This document shows positions 16,493 through 26,511 of a stretch of DNA of 26,645 nt, in pieces. This DNA is from Candidatus Bipolaricaulia bacterium (GTDB lineage: Bacteria > Bipolaricaulota > Bipolaricaulia > RBG-16-55-9), in assembly GCA_042219045.1 (NCBI GenBank), contig JBDGQO010000004.1, positions 47,778 through 74,422 of the forward strand, in the 5' to 3' direction. The notes under the pieces were generated by a model. It was not told the DNA's origin and searched no databases. It saw only the letters and a program-made list of their open reading frames with translations. Position 1 is the first letter of the stretch, and each line of letters opens with the position of its first letter. The translations under genes and the position numbers were made by a program.

Positions 16493-17120
16493 GACGACCC
16501 TCTATCAGTTTGACGGCGGACAGGGCGAGATCGAGCTCGCCGAGCACTGGCGGGAGAAGTCCGTCAATTCGGACCTGTTGCATCGAGCCGTGCGGAGCTA
16601 CATGGCCAACCAGCGGCAGGGCACGCGCCGGGTGAAGACCCGGGGGCAAGTCGTCGGCAGCAGCCGCAAGCCCTGGCCGCAGAAGCACACGGGCCGTGCG
16701 CGGCACGGGGACCGGCGCTCGCCCCTGTGGGTCGGCGGCGGCAAGACGTTCGCGCCGCAGCCGAAGGCGTATCGCCTCACCCTGCCGAAAAAGATGCGGC
16801 AGGCGGCGCTCGGGTCGGCGGTTCGGGACCGCGTCCAGAGCGATCGCTTCCTGGTCATCGACACGCTCGGCTTCGAGGCGCCCAAGACGAAAGACGGCAT
16901 CGCGCTGTTGGGGCAGCTCGGCCTGGAGGTCGAACGCGACAAGGTGCTCGTGCTCGTTGCCGAGGCCGAAAACACCGTCGCGGTGCACAAGTCGTTCAGC
17001 AACATTCCCCGGGTCCGAAGCATGCCGGCGATGAGCGTGCATCCGTACGAGATTCTCAACCACGAATGGCTGCTGGTGACCTCGACGGCGCTGGACGAGC
17101 TCGAGGGGAGGGTGCGCTGA
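16485..17120 (+). CDS. rplD: 50S ribosomal protein uL4
   Basis: RQGT..KTRGQV, KPWPQKHTGRARHG, GGG..FAPQP. Confidence 0.97.
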   Translation: MAKTTLYQFDGGQGEIELAEHWREKSVNSDLLHRAVRSYMANQRQGTRRVKTRGQVVGSSRKPWPQKHTGRARHGDRRSPLWVGGGKTFAPQPKAYRLTLPKKMRQAALGSAVRDRVQSDRFLVIDTLGFEAPKTKDGIALLGQLGLEVERDKVLVLVAEAENTVAVHKSFSNIPRVRSMPAMSVHPYEILNHEWLLVTSTALDELEGRVR

Positions 17121-17401
17121 TGGATCTGAACGACGTGCTTGTGGAGCCGATCATGAGCGAGAAGAGCTGGCTCCAGCAGGATGACCGTCAGTACACGTTC
17201 CGCGTGCACCCGAGTGCGAACAAGCTGGAGATTCGGGAGGCCGTCGAAACGATCTTCAACGTCGAGGTTCAAACCGTGCGGACGATGAACATGCGCGGCA
17301 AGCCGCGTAGCCTGCGCTTTGACCAGGAGGGACGGCAAGCTTCCTGGAAAAAGGCTGTGGTCCAGCTAGCGCCTGGTGACCGAATTGACCTGCAACAGTA
17401 A
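17120..17401 (+). CDS. rplW: 50S ribosomal protein uL23
   Basis: ATG overlaps rplD stop; PIMSEKS, YTFRVHPSANKLEI, WKKAVVQL. Confidence 0.95.
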   Translation: MDLNDVLVEPIMSEKSWLQQDDRQYTFRVHPSANKLEIREAVETIFNVEVQTVRTMNMRGKPRSLRFDQEGRQASWKKAVVQLAPGDRIDLQQ

Positions 17402-17432
17402 CGCGAGATCGACGATTGAGTGGTGAGTGCTG

Positions 17433-18287
17433 ATGCCGACACGTAAATACAAGCCGACGAGCCCAGGCCGACGGCACGCCCAGTGGACCGACACGTCCCA
17501 CCTAACGGACAAGCCCCCGGAGAAGTCGCTCGTGCGCTCGCTCAAAAAGAGCGGCGGCCGCAACAACCAGGGGCGCGTCACGGTCCGGGGTCGATCCGGC
17601 GGCCACAAACGGCGCTATCGTGTCATTGACTTTGCCCGGGACAAACTGGAGGTCCCGGCCGAAGTCGTCTCACGGGAGTACGATCCGAATCGATCGGCGT
17701 GGATCACGCTGCTGAAGTACGCCGACGGCGAGAAGCGCTACATCATCTCGCCGCTGCAGCTCCAGGTCGGCTCGACCGTCGTCTCGGGCGATCGAGGCGT
17801 CGAGGCCCAGCCCGGCAATGCGCTTCCCTTGCGCGAGATCCCCGTCGGCACCTATGTGCACTGTGTGGCCCTGATGCCGCATGGCCAAGCAAAGGTCGCC
17901 CGGGCGGCCGGCACGGGGGCCCAAGTGCTGAGCCGCGAGGGGGGCTACGTGAGGCTGCGCTTGCCGTCCGGAGAAGTTCGGCTCTTCGACGCCGAGTGCC
18001 GGGCCACGGTCGGGCAGGTGAGCAACCCGGATCACAAGAACGAGGTCCACGGCCAAGCGGGCCGGGTGCGACATCTGGGCCGTAAGCCGATCACGCGCGG
18101 CGTGGCGCGCAACGCGGTTGATCACCCGCACGGCGGCGGCGAGGGACGCGGCTACATGGGCGGACCGCCCATGACGTTCAAGGCAAAGCCGGCCCAAGGC
18201 GTCCGGAGTCGCAAGAAGAAGCCGAGCGACAAGCTCATTGTGACGCACGCCCGCGATGCGCGGAAGAAGCGCAGAAGGAGGCGTTGA
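17433..18287 (+). CDS. rplB: 50S ribosomal protein uL2
   Basis: [36 protein letters not shown]. Confidence 0.98.
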   Translation: MPTRKYKPTSPGRRHAQWTDTSHLTDKPPEKSLVRSLKKSGGRNNQGRVTVRGRSGGHKRRYRVIDFARDKLEVPAEVVSREYDPNRSAWITLLKYADGEKRYIISPLQLQVGSTVVSGDRGVEAQPGNALPLREIPVGTYVHCVALMPHGQAKVARAAGTGAQVLSREGGYVRLRLPSGEVRLFDAECRATVGQVSNPDHKNEVHGQAGRVRHLGRKPITRGVARNAVDHPHGGGEGRGYMGGPPMTFKAKPAQGVRSRKKKPSDKLIVTHARDARKKRRRRR

Positions 18288-18289
18288 GC

Positions 18290-18574
18290 ATGCCGCGATC
18301 GACGCACAAGGGACCGTTTGTCCACCCGAAGCTGCTCAAGAAGGTGGCCAAGGCGCGCCGTGGCGAGCTGCGCGAGATCGTCACGTGGTCACGCGCGTCG
18401 GTCGTGACGCCGGAGATGGTCGGCCTGACCATCAAGGTGCACAACGGCCGCGCCCACGTGCCCGTGAACGTCTCGGAGGCGATGGTGGGGCACAAGCTCG
18501 GGGAGTTTGCCCCCACCCGGACGTTTGACTCGCACGGCGGGGTGAAGAAGAAGAAGCCGACGACGCCGACATGA
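18290..18574 (+). CDS. rpsS: 30S ribosomal protein uS19
   Basis: [30 protein letters not shown]. Confidence 0.97.
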   Translation: MPRSTHKGPFVHPKLLKKVAKARRGELREIVTWSRASVVTPEMVGLTIKVHNGRAHVPVNVSEAMVGHKLGEFAPTRTFDSHGGVKKKKPTTPT

Positions 18575-18604
18575 CAAGCGTTCCGCCGAGCAATAAGGAG
18601 CACC

Positions 18605-18952
18605 ATGACTGACGTGAAAGCGATTTCCAAGTTCGTGCGCGTGTCACCCAAGCGGGCCCGGATGGTCGCGGAGAAGCTGCGCGGCCGATCCGTCGACGAG
18701 GCGCTGTTGGAGGCCCAGTTCACCAACTCCAAGGCGGCGCGTGTGATCTACAAGACGCTGGAGTCGGCGATCGCCAACGCGGAGCACAACTACGACATGG
18801 ACGTCGACGAGTTGATCGTTCGCGAGGCGACCGTCGACAAGGGGCCCGTGCTGAAGCGCATGAAGCCCCGCGCTCGCGGCCGGGCCGACATCATGCAGAA
18901 GCCGACCAGTCACATCACCGTCGTGGTGCGCGAGAGGGAGGACGAGTCGTAA
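18605..18952 (+). CDS. rplV: 50S ribosomal protein uL22
   Basis: VRVSPKRAR, SAIANAEHN, PRARGRA..KPTSHITV. Confidence 0.97.
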   Translation: MTDVKAISKFVRVSPKRARMVAEKLRGRSVDEALLEAQFTNSKAARVIYKTLESAIANAEHNYDMDVDELIVREATVDKGPVLKRMKPRARGRADIMQKPTSHITVVVREREDES

Positions 18953-19638
18953 TGGGCCAGAAGATCAATCCGATCGGGTTCCGCATGGGGATCAACCGCA
19001 AGTGGATCTCCAACTGGTATGACCCGGCGAACGCCGCGGAATACCTGGAAGAGGACCGCAAGATTCGCGATCTGATCGGCGAGCGTTATCGTGGGGCCGG
19101 CATCGCCGAGGTCAGCTTGGAGCGGCCCACGACGGAGCGGCTCTCCATCGTGATTCGCACAGCCCGGCCCGGCATCATCATCGGGAAGGGCGGCCAAGAG
19201 ATTGACCAGTTCCAGCAGGATCTGGAGGCCGAGACGGGTCGGTCGGTCAAGATCTCCATCAAGGAGGTTGACGCGCCCGACTTGGAGGCGATCCTGGTGG
19301 CCGAGGAGGTGGCCTATCGCGTTGAGGGCCGCTTCCCCGTGCAACGGGCCATCAAGGAAGCCGGCCGTCGCGTCATGGAAAACGGCGCACAGGGCGTCAA
19401 AATCCGTTGTGGCGGGCGCCTCGGCGGCGCCGAAATCGCCCGCAACGTGGAGATCAAGCACGGCCGCGTGCCGCTGCAGACGATCCGGGCGGATATCGAC
19501 TACGGCTTCACGGAAGCCCTGACCAAGTACGGCCCGATCGGCATCAAGGTCTGGCTCTTCCGGGGCGAGCACATTCCGCTCAACCTGACCAGCCGGGCCG
19601 ACGAGCGAGGTGAGAACGTTGCCACTCCTGCAGCCTAA
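18952..19638 (+). CDS. rpsC: 30S ribosomal protein uS3
   Basis: MGQKINPIGFR, RPGIIIGKGG, GRLGGAEIAR, GRVPLQTIRADIDY. Confidence 0.98.
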   Translation: MGQKINPIGFRMGINRKWISNWYDPANAAEYLEEDRKIRDLIGERYRGAGIAEVSLERPTTERLSIVIRTARPGIIIGKGGQEIDQFQQDLEAETGRSVKISIKEVDAPDLEAILVAEEVAYRVEGRFPVQRAIKEAGRRVMENGAQGVKIRCGGRLGGAEIARNVEIKHGRVPLQTIRADIDYGFTEALTKYGPIGIKVWLFRGEHIPLNLTSRADERGENVATPAA

Positions 19639-20050
19639 ACAGACCAAGCATCGCAAGCAGCACAAAGGCCGGATGCACGGCGTGGCGACGACCGGGCACG
19701 AGGTCAACTTCGGGGAATACGGCATCCAGGCGCTGGAGCCGTCGTGGATCTCCAACCGACAGATCGAGTCATGCCGAACCACGATGGTCCGCGAGCTGGA
19801 GCGCAACTCCAAGATCTGGATTCGCGTCTTCCCCGACAAGCCGATCACGAAGAAGCCGGCCGAGACCCGCATGGGCAAGGGCAAGGGCGATATTGATCAC
19901 TACGTGGCCGTCGCCACGCCTGGCCGCATCCTGTTCGAGCTGAGCGGCGTATCGCGCGAGCAGGCGGAGCGGATCAACCAGCTCGTGTCGTACAAGCTGC
20001 CGATCAAGACCCGCTTGCGTCGACGCATCAAGCTGGGAGGGGAGCGATAG
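19619..20050 (+). CDS. rplP: 50S ribosomal protein uL16
   Basis: [35 protein letters not shown] start 5 nt after GAGGTGA. Confidence 0.96.
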   Translation: MPLLQPKQTKHRKQHKGRMHGVATTGHEVNFGEYGIQALEPSWISNRQIESCRTTMVRELERNSKIWIRVFPDKPITKKPAETRMGKGKGDIDHYVAVATPGRILFELSGVSREQAERINQLVSYKLPIKTRLRRRIKLGGER

Positions 20051-20052
20051 GC

Positions 20053-20265
20053 ATGGCACTGGCGGCCGACGAACTCCGCGAGATGTCCGAAGACGAGTTG
20101 CGCGACAAGGAATCCGAACTCAAACGGACGCTGTTCAACCTGAGGTTTCAGCTCTCCATGGGGCAGCAGGACAACACGGCGGCCCTCAAGGAGACGCGGC
20201 GCGACATCGCCCGCGTGAAGACCGTGTTGAGCGAACGAAGGAAGGCGATTGCCGATGCCGGTTAA
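20053..20265 (+). CDS. rpmC: 50S ribosomal protein uL29
   Basis: [22 protein letters not shown]. Confidence 0.96.
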   Translation: MALAADELREMSEDELRDKESELKRTLFNLRFQLSMGQQDNTAALKETRRDIARVKTVLSERRKAIADAG

Positions 20266-20515
20266 GGAGCGAACGGGGCGCGTCGTCAGCGACACGCGCG
20301 CCAAGACGATTACGGTTCTGGTGGAGAACTTCGCCGAGCACCCGACGTATCACAAGTACGTGCGACGGCGAAAGAAGTTCCACGTCCACGACGAGCACGA
20401 GGAGGCCCGGGTCGGCGACTTCGTGCGGATCGAGGAGACCCGGCCGCTGTCGAAGACCAAGCGCTGGCGATTGGCGGGGATCGTCCAACGGGCTCACGAG
20501 GAGGCCGCAGCATGA
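20255..20515 (+). CDS. rpsQ: 30S ribosomal protein uS17
   Basis: [28 protein letters not shown]. Confidence 0.96.
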   Translation: MPVKERTGRVVSDTRAKTITVLVENFAEHPTYHKYVRRRKKFHVHDEHEEARVGDFVRIEETRPLSKTKRWRLAGIVQRAHEEAAA

Positions 20516-20880
20516 TCCAGATCCAGAGCATGCTCAACGTCACCGACAACTCGGGAGCCCGCCAGATCCGCGTGTTCAACATCGCAGGCCGGCCCGGCTC
20601 AAAGCGCGGCCAGATCGGCGACATCGTGGTCGGCTCGGTGCGCAAGCGCTTGCCCAACAGCGACATGGAGAAGGGCGAAGTCGTGCGAGGCGTCATCGTC
20701 CGCACGCGGAACCGTTATCGACGCGAAGACGGCAGCTACGTGCGGTTCGACGATAACGCCGTCGTCATCGTCGACACGGCGATGGAACCGGTCGGAACCC
20801 GCGTGTTCGGGCCCGTCCCGCGCGAGCTCCGTCGGTTGAACATGATGCGGGTGCTGTCGTTGGCGCCGGAGGTGCTGTGA
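20512..20880 (+). CDS. rplN: 50S ribosomal protein uL14
   Basis: [39 protein letters not shown]. Confidence 0.98.
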   Translation: MIQIQSMLNVTDNSGARQIRVFNIAGRPGSKRGQIGDIVVGSVRKRLPNSDMEKGEVVRGVIVRTRNRYRREDGSYVRFDDNAVVIVDTAMEPVGTRVFGPVPRELRRLNMMRVLSLAPEVL

Positions 20881-21191
20881 TGCGCAAGATTCACCGCGGC
20901 GATATCGTCAAGGTCATCAACGGCAACGAACGCGGCGCGCGCGGCGAGGTCGTGCAGATCGATGCACAGGGCCGCGTGCTCGTAAAGGGCGTCAACTACA
21001 TCACCAAGCACCAACGCCCCACCCAGACACAACGCGAGGGCGGCATCATCGAGCGCGAGGGAACGGTCCCGATCTCTAACCTCATGCTGGTCTGCCCGGC
21101 GTGTGATGCGCCGACGCGCGTCGGGTTCTACGTTAGCGAGGCCGGCGAAAAGCTGCGCCAGTGCAAGCAGTGTGGGGAGATGTTCGAGTGA
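20880..21191 (+). CDS. rplX: 50S ribosomal protein uL24 (CxxC...CxxC form)
   Basis: KOW motif GDIVKVING, GGIIEREG..ISN, CPAC...CKQC. Confidence 0.96.
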   Translation: MRKIHRGDIVKVINGNERGARGEVVQIDAQGRVLVKGVNYITKHQRPTQTQREGGIIEREGTVPISNLMLVCPACDAPTRVGFYVSEAGEKLRQCKQCGEMFE

Positions 21192-21730
21192 TGGCGACGC
21201 TGCACGAGACGTTCCGAAGTGAGATTGTGCCGCGGCTCCAGGAGGAGCTCGGCTACGCCAACGTCATGCAGGTGCCCCAGATCGACAAGATCGTCGTGAA
21301 CATGGGCATCGAGGAGGCCAACGACGATCCGAAAATCCTGGAGGGCTGCATGAACGACCTGGCGACGCTGTCGGGCCAGCGGCCCATGATCAGTCGCGCC
21401 AAACGCAGCGTCTCCGACTTCGGCATCGCCGAGGGCGACCCGGTGGGCTGCAAGGTGACGCTGCGCGGGGCCCGGGCGAGTGCGTTCGTGGAGAAGCTCT
21501 TCAACGTCGTGCTGCCATCGGTGCGTGACTTCCGTGGTCTGTCCGCCGACGGGTTCGATGGGCACGGCAACTACTCGCTCGGGCTCGACGAGCAGCTCGT
21601 GTTTCCGGAGGTTCGCTACGACGACATCGTGAAAGTGCAGGGCATGGACATCACGGTCGTGACCACGGCGGAGAGCGACCGCGAAGCGTACTATCTATTG
21701 CGGGCGTTGGGTTGCCCGTTCCGAGACTGA
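21191..21730 (+). CDS. rplE: 50S ribosomal protein uL5
   Basis: [36 protein letters not shown]. Confidence 0.97.
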   Translation: MATLHETFRSEIVPRLQEELGYANVMQVPQIDKIVVNMGIEEANDDPKILEGCMNDLATLSGQRPMISRAKRSVSDFGIAEGDPVGCKVTLRGARASAFVEKLFNVVLPSVRDFRGLSADGFDGHGNYSLGLDEQLVFPEVRYDDIVKVQGMDITVVTTAESDREAYYLLRALGCPFRD

Positions 21731-21750
21731 CATCAGGAGATTTTTCAAAC

Positions 21751-21936
21751 ATGGCCAGGACATCGTGGATCGTCAAGAGCCGAAAGAAACCGAAGTTCAG
21801 CTCGCGGAAGGTCAATCGTTGCAGCGTCTGCGGACGGGGCCAGGGCTACATCCGGGACTTTGGATTGTGCCGGCTCTGCTTCCGTGAAATGGCGCATCGC
21901 GGCGAAATTCCCGGCGTCAAGAAGTCGAGTTGGTGA
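21751..21936 (+). CDS. rpsN: 30S ribosomal protein uS14, zinc-binding 61-aa type
   Basis: RCSVCGR...[10 protein letters not shown]...[15 protein letters not shown] before ATG 21751. Confidence 0.96.
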   Translation: MARTSWIVKSRKKPKFSSRKVNRCSVCGRGQGYIRDFGLCRLCFREMAHRGEIPGVKKSSW

Positions 21937-21943
21937 CGACACC

Positions 21944-22378
21944 ATGAATACGCAACCGAAGTCGAAGCTGAATGCCGTCGTGTCGGATCCCGTGGGCGAT
22001 ATGCTCACTCGGATCCGTAATGCGAACGAGCGCTACCGCGATACCGCCGTCATGCCATCGTCGCGCCTCAAGGAAGCGATTGCCCAGATTCTCCAAGATG
22101 AGGGATTCATCACCGACTACGAGGCAAGTGACGGACGGGCACAGCGTGTGTTGACGCTGACGCTCAAGTACAAAGGCGGCCGCCGTCGCGAACGCGTCAT
22201 CCAGGACCTGCAGCGCGTGAGCAAGCCGAGCCGACGCGTCTACGTCGGGGCCGACGAAATTCCGACGGTGCTTGGCGGGCTCGGCATCGCGATCCTGACG
22301 ACGTCGCGCGGCATCCTGACCGATCATCAAGCGCGCCAAGAGCGTGTCGGCGGCGAAGTGCTCGCCTACGTCTGGTAG
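21944..22378 (+). CDS. rpsH: 30S ribosomal protein uS8
   Basis: DPVGDMLTRIRNA, RVSKPSRRVY, GGEVLAYVW; start uncertain (ATG 21944 implies a ~10-aa extension). Confidence 0.95.
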   Translation: MNTQPKSKLNAVVSDPVGDMLTRIRNANERYRDTAVMPSSRLKEAIAQILQDEGFITDYEASDGRAQRVLTLTLKYKGGRRRERVIQDLQRVSKPSRRVYVGADEIPTVLGGLGIAILTTSRGILTDHQARQERVGGEVLAYVW

Positions 22379-22490
22379 CGCAAGCGAGCGCAATCGCCGA
22401 CGGGGGCGCCGAAATGGGCACGCGTGGCGGTCTCAGGGATAGAGCTGCAAGTGGACACGAGGAACACTGAGGTGCGAGAAGGGAGCGACC

Positions 22491-23066
22491 ATGTCCCGGG
22501 TAGGGCGACTACCGATCGAGATTCCTGACGATGTAACCGTCTCCGTGGAGGAGAAGCCAGCCGAGGTGCGCGTCGAAGGCCCGGCCGGCACGTTGGAACA
22601 GCGCTACGAGCCGAAGTACGTCGAGGTCAACGTCGACGATGGTGCCGTCCACGTCGAACGTCGCGGCGAAACGAAGGCGCACAAGGCTCGCCACGGGCTC
22701 TATCGCTCGCTGATTGCCAACATGGTCCAGGGCGTCCGCGAGCCCTACGAGCGGCGCCTGCAGCTGATGGGACTCGGCTACCGCGCGCGAATGCAGGGGG
22801 ACCAGGAATTGGTGCTTGAGATCGGCTACAGCCATCCGATCCACTTCGCGATCCCCGATGGGGTTGAGGCGTCGGTGGAGGAGTCATCCAGCAGCGCCGT
22901 TCAGGCCGTCGTCGTCCTCAAGAGCCCGGACAAGCAGCTCGTGGGCGAGACGGCGGCGGACATCCGCGCGCTGCGCAAGCCCGAGCCCTACAAGGGGACC
23001 GGCATCAAGTACCGCGACGAGGAGATCGTGCGCAAGGAGGGCAAGCTCGCCGGCGCAGGCGAGTGA
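22491..23066 (+). CDS. rplF: 50S ribosomal protein uL6
   Basis: MSRVGRLPI, GLGYRA, GYSHP, RKPEPYKGTGI. Confidence 0.97.
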   Translation: MSRVGRLPIEIPDDVTVSVEEKPAEVRVEGPAGTLEQRYEPKYVEVNVDDGAVHVERRGETKAHKARHGLYRSLIANMVQGVREPYERRLQLMGLGYRARMQGDQELVLEIGYSHPIHFAIPDGVEASVEESSSSAVQAVVVLKSPDKQLVGETAADIRALRKPEPYKGTGIKYRDEEIVRKEGKLAGAGE

Positions 23067-23072
23067 TCAGCC

Positions 23073-23435
23073 ATGGCGAAATGGGATCGACACGCACAGC
23101 GAAAACGACGTCACAAGCGCATCCGTCGGCGCATCATGGGCACGCCCGAGCGCCCGCGCTTGGCGGTCAACAAGAGCAACCGTCATTTGTATGCCCAGGT
23201 CATCGACGACCTGCGCGGCCACACGCTCGCTTACGCCTCGACGCTCGATCCGGAAATGAACGGCGCGCCGCGGCGCAAATCCGTCGAGTCCGCGCAGACG
23301 ATCGGCCAATTGGTGGCCGAACGGGCTCGCGAAGCGGGCGTTGAGCAGGTCGTGTTCGACCGAGCGGGCTATCCATATCACGGCATGATCGAGGCGCTGG
23401 CGGACAGCGCCCGTGAGGGAGGGCTGGAATTTTGA
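23073..23435 (+). CDS. rplR: 50S ribosomal protein uL18
   Basis: [35 protein letters not shown]. Confidence 0.97.
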   Translation: MAKWDRHAQRKRRHKRIRRRIMGTPERPRLAVNKSNRHLYAQVIDDLRGHTLAYASTLDPEMNGAPRRKSVESAQTIGQLVAERAREAGVEQVVFDRAGYPYHGMIEALADSAREGGLEF

Positions 23436-23956
23436 ACGGACAGGGTGGACGTCGACGCCGAGAGCAGGACGAGTTTGACAACGAAGTTCTGGAAATCCGC
23501 CGCGTCGCCAAGGTCGTGAAGGGCGGCAAGAACATGAGCTTCCGCGTCACGGTCGTGGTCGGCGACGGCAAAGGGCGCGTGGGACTCGGCAAGGGCAACA
23601 CCATCGAGATCCCCCAGGCGATCCAGCAGGCCGTCCGGGACGCGAAGAACAACCTCGCATACGTGCCCCTGCAGGACGGGACGATTCCGCACCAGGTCCA
23701 CGGGGAGTTCAAGGCCGCGCGCGTGCTGCTCAAGCCGGCACTGCCCGGCACGGGCATCATCGCGTCCGGGACCGTCGGAGCCGTCTGCCGGTTGGCCGGC
23801 GTGAACGACGTGCTGACCAAGTCGTTCAAGTCGACGAACCCGCTCAACCTGGCCAAGGCGACGATCGAAGGCTTGAGCAGCCTCCGAACCCCCGAAGAGA
23901 TCGCGCGACTGCGAGATAAGGACGTTGAGGAGATCCTCCATGCGAAATCTGAGTAA
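23432..23956 (+). CDS. rpsE: 30S ribosomal protein uS5
   Basis: [40 protein letters not shown] start overlapping rplR stop. Confidence 0.96.
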   Translation: MNGQGGRRRREQDEFDNEVLEIRRVAKVVKGGKNMSFRVTVVVGDGKGRVGLGKGNTIEIPQAIQQAVRDAKNNLAYVPLQDGTIPHQVHGEFKAARVLLKPALPGTGIIASGTVGAVCRLAGVNDVLTKSFKSTNPLNLAKATIEGLSSLRTPEEIARLRDKDVEEILHAKSE

Positions 23957-24509
23957 CCTGCAGCCGACGCCAGGCAGTCGCGAACGACGCAAGCGGGTCG
24001 GCCGCGGCGACGGCTCGGGCAAGGGGAAATATTCGGGCCGCGGCATCAAGGGCCAAAAGGCTCGCACCGGCCACAGCCGGCGGCCGGGCTTCGAAGGCGG
24101 CCAGACCCCATTGTGGCGCCGCATTCCCAAGCGCGGCTTCGTCAATCCCCATCGCAAGGAGTACGCCTACGTCAACATCGACGAGCTGATGGCGAAGTAC
24201 GACGACGGCGCCCAGGTCACGCCCGAGGACGTGCTCGAACGAGGCATTGTGGATCAGCTCAACGACGGCCTGAAGGTGCTCGGACGCGGCGACTGCGACA
24301 AGGCACTGACGGTCTACGCCCACAAGATGTCGAACAGCGCCCGAGCGAAGATCGAAGCAGCCGGCGGCGACGTGACCCTGCTCGAGGGCGAGGCGGACGC
24401 TGAATCCGAGCGGTCCCCGTCCGCAGGCGGAGGCGCTGCAGCCCAAGATACCGAAGACGCCCAAACGGAGGGCGCTGGCGAGGAAACCGACAAGGATCAG
24501 GAGGACTGA
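23940..24509 (+). CDS. rplO: 50S ribosomal protein uL15 with acidic C-terminal tail
   Basis: [45 protein letters not shown]; overlaps rpsE by 17 nt. Confidence 0.96.
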   Translation: MRNLSNLQPTPGSRERRKRVGRGDGSGKGKYSGRGIKGQKARTGHSRRPGFEGGQTPLWRRIPKRGFVNPHRKEYAYVNIDELMAKYDDGAQVTPEDVLERGIVDQLNDGLKVLGRGDCDKALTVYAHKMSNSARAKIEAAGGDVTLLEGEADAESERSPSAGGGAAAQDTEDAQTEGAGEETDKDQED

Positions 24510-24515
24510 GCCGCC

Positions 24516-25859
24516 GTGTTTCAGGGCATATTCGAGTCGTTCTCCATCCCCGAGGTTCGCAAGCGAATCCTCTTCACGCTCGGGGCATTCGCGATATTCC
24601 GGCTCGGCGTCTGGATCCCCGTTCCAGGGGCTGACCCGGAGGGCATCGAGGAGCTCCTGCAACAGGCCCTCGGACAGGGGCTGTTCGGCTTCGCCAACCT
24701 GTTTACGGGCAATGCGCTCAGCCGGTTCTCCATCTTCGCGCTCGGCGTGATCCCCTACATCAACGCGTCCATTATCATGAGCCTGCTCCAGAACGTCATT
24801 CCCTATTTGAAGGAGCTCCAGAAGAAGGGCGACGAGGGGCGAAAGCAGATTCAGAAATACACGCGCTACGGCACCGTCGGCCTGGCGGTGCTGCAGAGCG
24901 GGGTCTTCAGCTTCTACATCGCCAACCAGACCCAGCTCTTGCTGCCCGGCATCAACCCGGTCGCGTTCTACTTCATGAGCATTTTGACGATGACGACCGG
25001 GACGATGTTCCTGATGTGGCTCGGCGAGCGGATCACCGAGAACGGCATCGGACGCGGCGTCTCCATGATCATCTTTGGCGGCATCCTCGCCACTTATCCC
25101 CAGTTGATCGGCCAGGCCGTCGTCTCCCTCGGACCGGGCGGCGGGGCCCATCCGTTGTGGGGCGTGGCGCTTGTGGTCATGTTCGTCGTCGTCGTCGCCG
25201 GCGTCGTGTTGGTCCAACTGGGCGCCCGGCGCGTCAACATCCAATACGCCAAGCGCGTCGTGCGCGGTCGCGTCTACGGCGGCCAGAGCACGTTCATCCC
25301 GTTTTCGGTCAACCAAGGCGGCGTCATTCCGGTCATCTTCGCCGGCGCGCTGCTGGCCATCCCGACGACGCTGCTCAACGCGCCTGGCGTCCAAGGCGCG
25401 ATCAGCGCGGGGCCCGATTGGCTCAACGTGCTGTCGTTCTCGCTAACCAACCAGGGCGTGGTCTACATGATTTTCTACGGCGCGCTCGTCATGTTCTTCA
25501 CGTTTTTCTACAGCGCGATCGTCTTCGATCCCGCTGACGTGAGCGATAACCTGCGGCGTTGGGGCGGCTACATTCCCGGCATTCGTCCGGGCCAGCCGAC
25601 CTCTCGCTATCTGGAACGGATCCAGAACCGCATTCTGACGATCGGCGGGCTCTTCCTGACCGTCGTGGCGCTGATCCCGTACATCTTCTCCAATCTGAGC
25701 GGCCTCCAGACGTTCTTCGGCATCGGCGGCACGTCGATCCTGATCGCGGTCGGCGTCGGCGTGGACACGATCAAGCAGATCGAGTCCCACCTGGTCGAGC
25801 GCCACTACGAGAGCCTCATCCGCCGAGGCGGGGGCGCGATGATGGGAAGGCGGGCCTGA
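24516..25859 (+). CDS. secY: Preprotein translocase subunit SecY
   Basis: SIFALGVIPYINASII, WLGERITENGIG, GVIPVIFA, IPGIRPG, GGTSILIAVGV; multiple TM segments. Confidence 0.98.
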   Translation: MFQGIFESFSIPEVRKRILFTLGAFAIFRLGVWIPVPGADPEGIEELLQQALGQGLFGFANLFTGNALSRFSIFALGVIPYINASIIMSLLQNVIPYLKELQKKGDEGRKQIQKYTRYGTVGLAVLQSGVFSFYIANQTQLLLPGINPVAFYFMSILTMTTGTMFLMWLGERITENGIGRGVSMIIFGGILATYPQLIGQAVVSLGPGGGAHPLWGVALVVMFVVVVAGVVLVQLGARRVNIQYAKRVVRGRVYGGQSTFIPFSVNQGGVIPVIFAGALLAIPTTLLNAPGVQGAISAGPDWLNVLSFSLTNQGVVYMIFYGALVMFFTFFYSAIVFDPADVSDNLRRWGGYIPGIRPGQPTSRYLERIQNRILTIGGLFLTVVALIPYIFSNLSGLQTFFGIGGTSILIAVGVGVDTIKQIESHLVERHYESLIRRGGGAMMGRRA

Positions 25860-25863
25860 AGCC

Positions 25864-26499
25864 ATGGGGCGTCGTATCATCCTGTTGGGGCCGCCGGGTG
25901 CCGGGAAAGGCACCCAAGCGAGCCGATTGGCCGAGCGCTTGGACCTGCCGCTGATCATCACCGGCGACCTGCTACGATCGGAGGTCCAAGACGGAAGCAA
26001 ACTGGGACAGGAAGCCCAGGCGTATCTGGATCAGGGCAAGCTCGTCCCGGACCAGCTCGTCGTCTCGATGATCCGCGAACAGCTCGATCGCGTGAACGGC
26101 CATCATGGATTCATTCTGGACGGGTTCCCGCGCAACGACGTGCAGGCTCAGGCGCTGGATGGCATCACGTCCATCGATTGTGCCGTGCTGATCCACATCC
26201 CGCGTGAGGACGTCGTCGAGCGGCTCAGCTCACGGCGCGTCTGCCCCGAATGCGGGACCGTCTACAACTTGATGTCGGATCCGCCCGATCAAGAGGGCGT
26301 GTGCGATGAATGCGGCGCGGCGTTGATCCAGCGCTCGGATGACACGCCTGACGTGGTCGCGCGACGCTACGACGTTCAATACAATGAGTCCGTTAAACCC
26401 CTGATTGACGTCTATCGCGAGCGTGGCGTGCTCGTGACCGTCGACGGCCATGGATCGATCGACGACGTCACCGATCGCCTCATGGAAGCCATCTGCTGA
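25864..26499 (+). CDS. adk: Adenylate kinase (Zn-binding LID)
   Basis: GPPGAGKGTQ, GFILDGFPR, CPEC...CDEC, QRSDD. Confidence 0.97.
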   Translation: MGRRIILLGPPGAGKGTQASRLAERLDLPLIITGDLLRSEVQDGSKLGQEAQAYLDQGKLVPDQLVVSMIREQLDRVNGHHGFILDGFPRNDVQAQALDGITSIDCAVLIHIPREDVVERLSSRRVCPECGTVYNLMSDPPDQEGVCDECGAALIQRSDDTPDVVARRYDVQYNESVKPLIDVYRERGVLVTVDGHGSIDDVTDRLMEAIC

Positions 26500-26511
26500 G
26501 GACTCCCCACC

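Noticed and set aside
16727..17119. Long upstream extension of the rplW ORF in the ORF track (similar for rpsH 21860, rplE 21161, patatin 738)
   Set aside because: Artefacts of choosing the farthest start; homology and SD positions support the downstream starts
20880..21936. Zn-binding forms of uL24 and uS14 (and Adk LID)
   Set aside because: Well-known ancestral variants, not novel
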